Below, piece by piece: positions 61,007-64,000 of a DNA stretch of 64,000 bases (position 1 is its first letter; every line of letters starts with the position of its first letter). The notes beneath the pieces were generated by a model that did no database searches, was not told where the DNA came from, and saw nothing but the letters and a program-made list of their open reading frames with translations. Both the position numbers and the translations under genes were made by a program. The DNA comes from an uncultured Gemmatimonadaceae bacterium (GTDB lineage Bacteria; Gemmatimonadota; Gemmatimonadetes; Gemmatimonadales; Gemmatimonadaceae): contig CAWAGQ010000014.1 of the NCBI GenBank assembly GCA_963781585.1, forward strand, positions 96,001 to 160,000, read 5' to 3'.

Positions 61007-62429
61007 CGGGGTCGCGCCGGTGGGCGCCGCGTTCGGCTGCGGCAGTGGCCAGATCCCGCAGGAATCCCCTCGCCCACTGGTGCACGTCACTGGTGCGCAC
61101 GCGTTGGCGCAGGGCACGCATGCGGCGCTGTCGCTCCTGCACGGACATGCGAAGGGCCCCATGGAGTGCGTCGGCCGTCGCGTGCACGTCATAGGGGTTC
61201 ACCAGCACGGCTTCGGGCAGATCACGCGCGGCGCCAGCGAAGCGGCTCAGCACCAGCACGCCGTCCTCGTCGATCCGACTGGCCACGAACTCCTTCGATA
61301 CCAGGTTCATTCCGTCGCGAATCGGCGTCACGACCATAACGTCGGCCGATCCGTACAGCGCCACCACTTCCTCCAGGGCGAGCGAGGTATGGAGATAGTG
61401 GATGGGAACCCAGTGCGGTGTGGCGAACGTGCCGTGGATGCGGCCGATGAGTTGCTCGGTCTCCCCTTCGGAAATCCCGTACGCGGGGACCTGTGTCCGG
61501 GTTGGTACCGCGACCTGCAGAAACAGCACTCGTTCGTGCCACTGGGGATAGCGCTTCAGCAGGGAGTCGAACGCCAGCATGCGCCTGGGGATACCCTTGG
61601 TGTAGTCGAGGCGGTCGATGCCGAGGATGAGGTGCATGCGGTGGCGCCGGCGCAGCGCATCGATTGCACCGCTATCACGCGCCTTCCGGGCGATACGCTC
61701 CAGGCGCTGCACGTCCACACCCATCGGGTGCACGCCAAGCCGTATCGTGCGACCGTCGAATTGAACCTTGTCGCCGGCCAGCCGCTTCGCGCCCGGTAGG
61801 CTCTCCACGCAGGCCGCGAAGTTCTGGCGGTAGTCGTCGGTGTGAAAGCCAACCAGGTCGGCGCCCAGGATCCCACGCAGGATGTCCGGTCCGTGCGGCA
61901 GGATCTGGAACATGTCCGGACTCGGAAAGGGAATGTGGAGGAAGAACCCGATCGCCGACCGACGCCGGAACGCCCGGAGAAACTGGGGAACCAGGCACAG
62001 CTGGTAGTCATGAATCCAGTAGGGTTCGTTTGTTGCGCGCTTGCCTCGCGCGGCGCGCGCGAAGGCGTGGTTGGCTTCGGCGTATGCGTCCCAAGACTCG
62101 ATTGACAACGGGAGCGCGAACGGGAGCGAGTGAAACAGGGGCCACAGCACCTCGTTGGAATAACCTTCGTAGAACTGGCCGAACACGTCGCTCGGAATGC
62201 GAACCGGCGTGAGACGCCGGCGGTCGAGCATGCCGCGCACTTTCCGGACGTCAGTCGCGCTAAGTCCGGAGATGTCACCTGGCCAGCCGACCCAGCGAGC
62301 GAGGCGGCCCGACAGGGCGGTGCGGAGCCCGCCCGCAACTCCGCCCGGGCTCGGCGACACCGTGAGTTTGCCCTCTCGGTAGAGGACGACCACGGGGAGT
62401 CTGAGGGCGACGTTGATGATCTTGGCCAT
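60993..62429 (-). CDS. otsA: Trehalose-6-phosphate synthase (GT20)
   Basis: [55 protein letters not shown]. Confidence 0.95.
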   Translation of the reverse strand: MAKIINVALRLPVVVLYREGKLTVSPSPGGVAGGLRTALSGRLARWVGWPGDISGLSATDVRKVRGMLDRRRLTPVRIPSDVFGQFYEGYSNEVLWPLFHSLPFALPLSIESWDAYAEANHAFARAARGKRATNEPYWIHDYQLCLVPQFLRAFRRRSAIGFFLHIPFPSPDMFQILPHGPDILRGILGADLVGFHTDDYRQNFAACVESLPGAKRLAGDKVQFDGRTIRLGVHPMGVDVQRLERIARKARDSGAIDALRRRHRMHLILGIDRLDYTKGIPRRMLAFDSLLKRYPQWHERVLFLQVAVPTRTQVPAYGISEGETEQLIGRIHGTFATPHWVPIHYLHTSLALEEVVALYGSADVMVVTPIRDGMNLVSKEFVASRIDEDGVLVLSRFAGAARDLPEAVLVNPYDVHATADALHGALRMSVQERQRRMRALRQRVRTSDVHQWARGFLRDLATAAAERGAHRRDPATKT

Positions 62430-62568
62430 TATGGACCGGTGTTGTGAGGCGGGCCTGGCGCTGAGACGGGCTGGAGCGGATTCCCCATAGAAACACGAGT
62501 CGCGCGGTGGTGGCAAGGCGGTGCCGCCTTCCCGGCGATCTTCCCTGAGATCACTCTTACGCCCTGCC

Positions 62569-63795
62569 ATGAACGACGTCACTACCGAGCTGGAATACGT
62601 CGCGCTGCTGTTTGGACTGCTGGTTCTCCCCAAAGTCCTGCAGCGTTTCAGATTGCCATCCGCCGTTACTACGCTTGTCGTGGGCGTAGCGCTCGGAACC
62701 GGACTCAAGCTGTTCACGCACGACGCCACCGTTCACCTCCTCGCCACGTTCGGCATCACAGCGCTCTTCCTGTTTGCCGGACTCGAGGTCGACACCGACA
62801 GCCTGCGCCGCGGCGCCCGCGTCCTGGTCGAGCACGTCGCGGTGAGCGTCATCAGTCTGGCGGCGTTCGCGTGGGCGGGGACGCGCATTCTCGGACTCGG
62901 CGTCCGGCCCGCGGTGCTCTTCGCGCTGGCGCTCCTCACACCGTCCACCGGGTTCATCCTCGACTCGCTCAAAGCCCTGGACGTGTCGGACGAGGAGCGC
63001 TTCTGGATCCGAACGAAAGCGATCGCCAGCGAGCTCGTGGCCCTCGGTATCCTGTTCGTCACGCTCCAGTCTACGTCGGCCGGCAGGCTGGGACTTTCGG
63101 CCCTGGCGCTGCTGGCGTTGGCGGCATTCCTGCCGGTCGTCTTCCGGTTCTTCGCGTCGCGGGTGCTCCCGTACGCCCCCGATTCGGAGTTCGCGTTCAT
63201 GCTGATGGTGGCGGTGGTCTGCGCATACGCGACGAAGCAGCTGGGGGTGTACTATCTCGTCGGAGCGTTCCTGGTGGGCATCGTGGCCAACCGCCTGCGC
63301 GAACGGCTTCCCCGGCTGGCGTCGGACAAGAATGTGCACGCGGTGGAGGTGTTCGCGTCGTTCTTCATCCCGTTCTACTTCTTCAACGCCGGTGTGAGCG
63401 TTCCGCGCGGCGCCCTCACCTGGGCATCCGTCGCGCTCGGACTGCTGCTGGCGTTCTTCTGCGTTCCGGTGCGGGTGGCGTTGGTCGTGGTTCAGCGCGG
63501 GCTCACGCTGGGCGAGGGCTGGAGGCAGAGCATTCGCGTCGGCATTCCGCTCATTCCGACGCTTGTGTTCACCCTGGTGCTGGCGCAGATCCTCGCGGAG
63601 CAGTATGCACTGCACGCGGCGCTCTATGGCGCGCTCATCGTGTACACGGTTGTCGGAACGGTCATCCCGACCTTCGCGTTTGGGGCGCCAGCGGCGGTGG
63701 TCGAGTTCGAGCAGCCGCCTGACGACATGGTTATTGGCCCTGGGAACGACGGATCGCGAACAGGTCATGGTTCGTCGCCGATAGCTGATAGCTGA
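62569..63795 (+). CDS. Cation:proton antiporter (CPA family)
   Basis: About 12 TM helices; LFLFAGLE, TPSTGFILDSL, LVGAFLVG, FFIPFYFFNAG. Confidence 0.85.
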   Translation: MNDVTTELEYVALLFGLLVLPKVLQRFRLPSAVTTLVVGVALGTGLKLFTHDATVHLLATFGITALFLFAGLEVDTDSLRRGARVLVEHVAVSVISLAAFAWAGTRILGLGVRPAVLFALALLTPSTGFILDSLKALDVSDEERFWIRTKAIASELVALGILFVTLQSTSAGRLGLSALALLALAAFLPVVFRFFASRVLPYAPDSEFAFMLMVAVVCAYATKQLGVYYLVGAFLVGIVANRLRERLPRLASDKNVHAVEVFASFFIPFYFFNAGVSVPRGALTWASVALGLLLAFFCVPVRVALVVVQRGLTLGEGWRQSIRVGIPLIPTLVFTLVLAQILAEQYALHAALYGALIVYTVVGTVIPTFAFGAPAAVVEFEQPPDDMVIGPGNDGSRTGHGSSPIADS

Positions 63796-63906
63796 CGACT
63801 GACCGTTGGCTGATAGCTGATGACGGATGCCTGATGACGGATGCCTGATGACGGATAGGCGAAGAGTGCCCGCATTACCTGATATCTGACCGCCGACAGC
63901 TGGAAC
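63778..63906. repeat. Heptamer/14-mer tandem array (CTGATAG; CTGATGACGGATGC about x3)
   Basis: ccgatag ctgatag ctgacga ctgaccg .. ctgatag ctgatga cggatgc ctgatga cggatgc ctgatga cggatag, with more degenerate units at 63878-63906; overlaps the antiporter stop. Confidence 0.85.
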
Positions 63907-64000
63907 CCCATGCTTCTTGCTCTTACCCGAGGAGTCCCCCGATCCATCAACCAATGCGAGCTGAGCCATCTCGAGCGTGCACCGATCGATTTGGCGCGTG

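Noticed and set aside
63817..63858. Hammerhead ribozyme (CTGATGA core)
   Set aside because: CTGATGA is just the tandem repeat unit; there is no matching GAAA core or flanking stems.

Overview
A GC-rich (roughly 68-70% by eye), gene-dense bacterial chromosomal segment. The gene repertoire (SprA-like giant barrel, Oar-type TonB receptor, ECF-kinase pair, several lineage-typical hypothetical proteins) suggests Gemmatimonadota; this is inference. About 59 genes are supported. They include an M16 peptidase, a lipoprotein serpin, a degenerate SAM-decarboxylase homolog, DsbA-VKOR, an ECF sigma/Ser-Thr kinase-TPR pair, acs, an aquaporin, a six-gene ketosynthase/cyclase/methyltransferase/flavoprotein cluster, two APC permeases, ctaA-ctaB, a TonB receptor, lptF-lptG-mlaE-mlaD divergent from sprA-like/M28/comEA/pilB-pilT-pilC, argJ, and a stress/signalling block ending in otsA and a cation:proton antiporter. 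I saw no rRNA, tRNA, CRISPR array or transposase. Two genes (EVE protein, histidine kinase) have single-base frameshifts. The most striking unexplained signal is a non-palindromic 8-mer, GCCTAACG/CGTTAGGC, found 19 times by hand (plus 4 near-matches) in both orientations, in three reading frames and in intergenic DNA. It forces rare codons and sits in a window that also encodes ComEA and type IV pilus motors, so it is a candidate DNA-uptake-type or chromosome-organising signal. Also notable are five heptamer tandem arrays at gene ends and a cluster of long hairpins upstream of argJ (candidate ncRNA).
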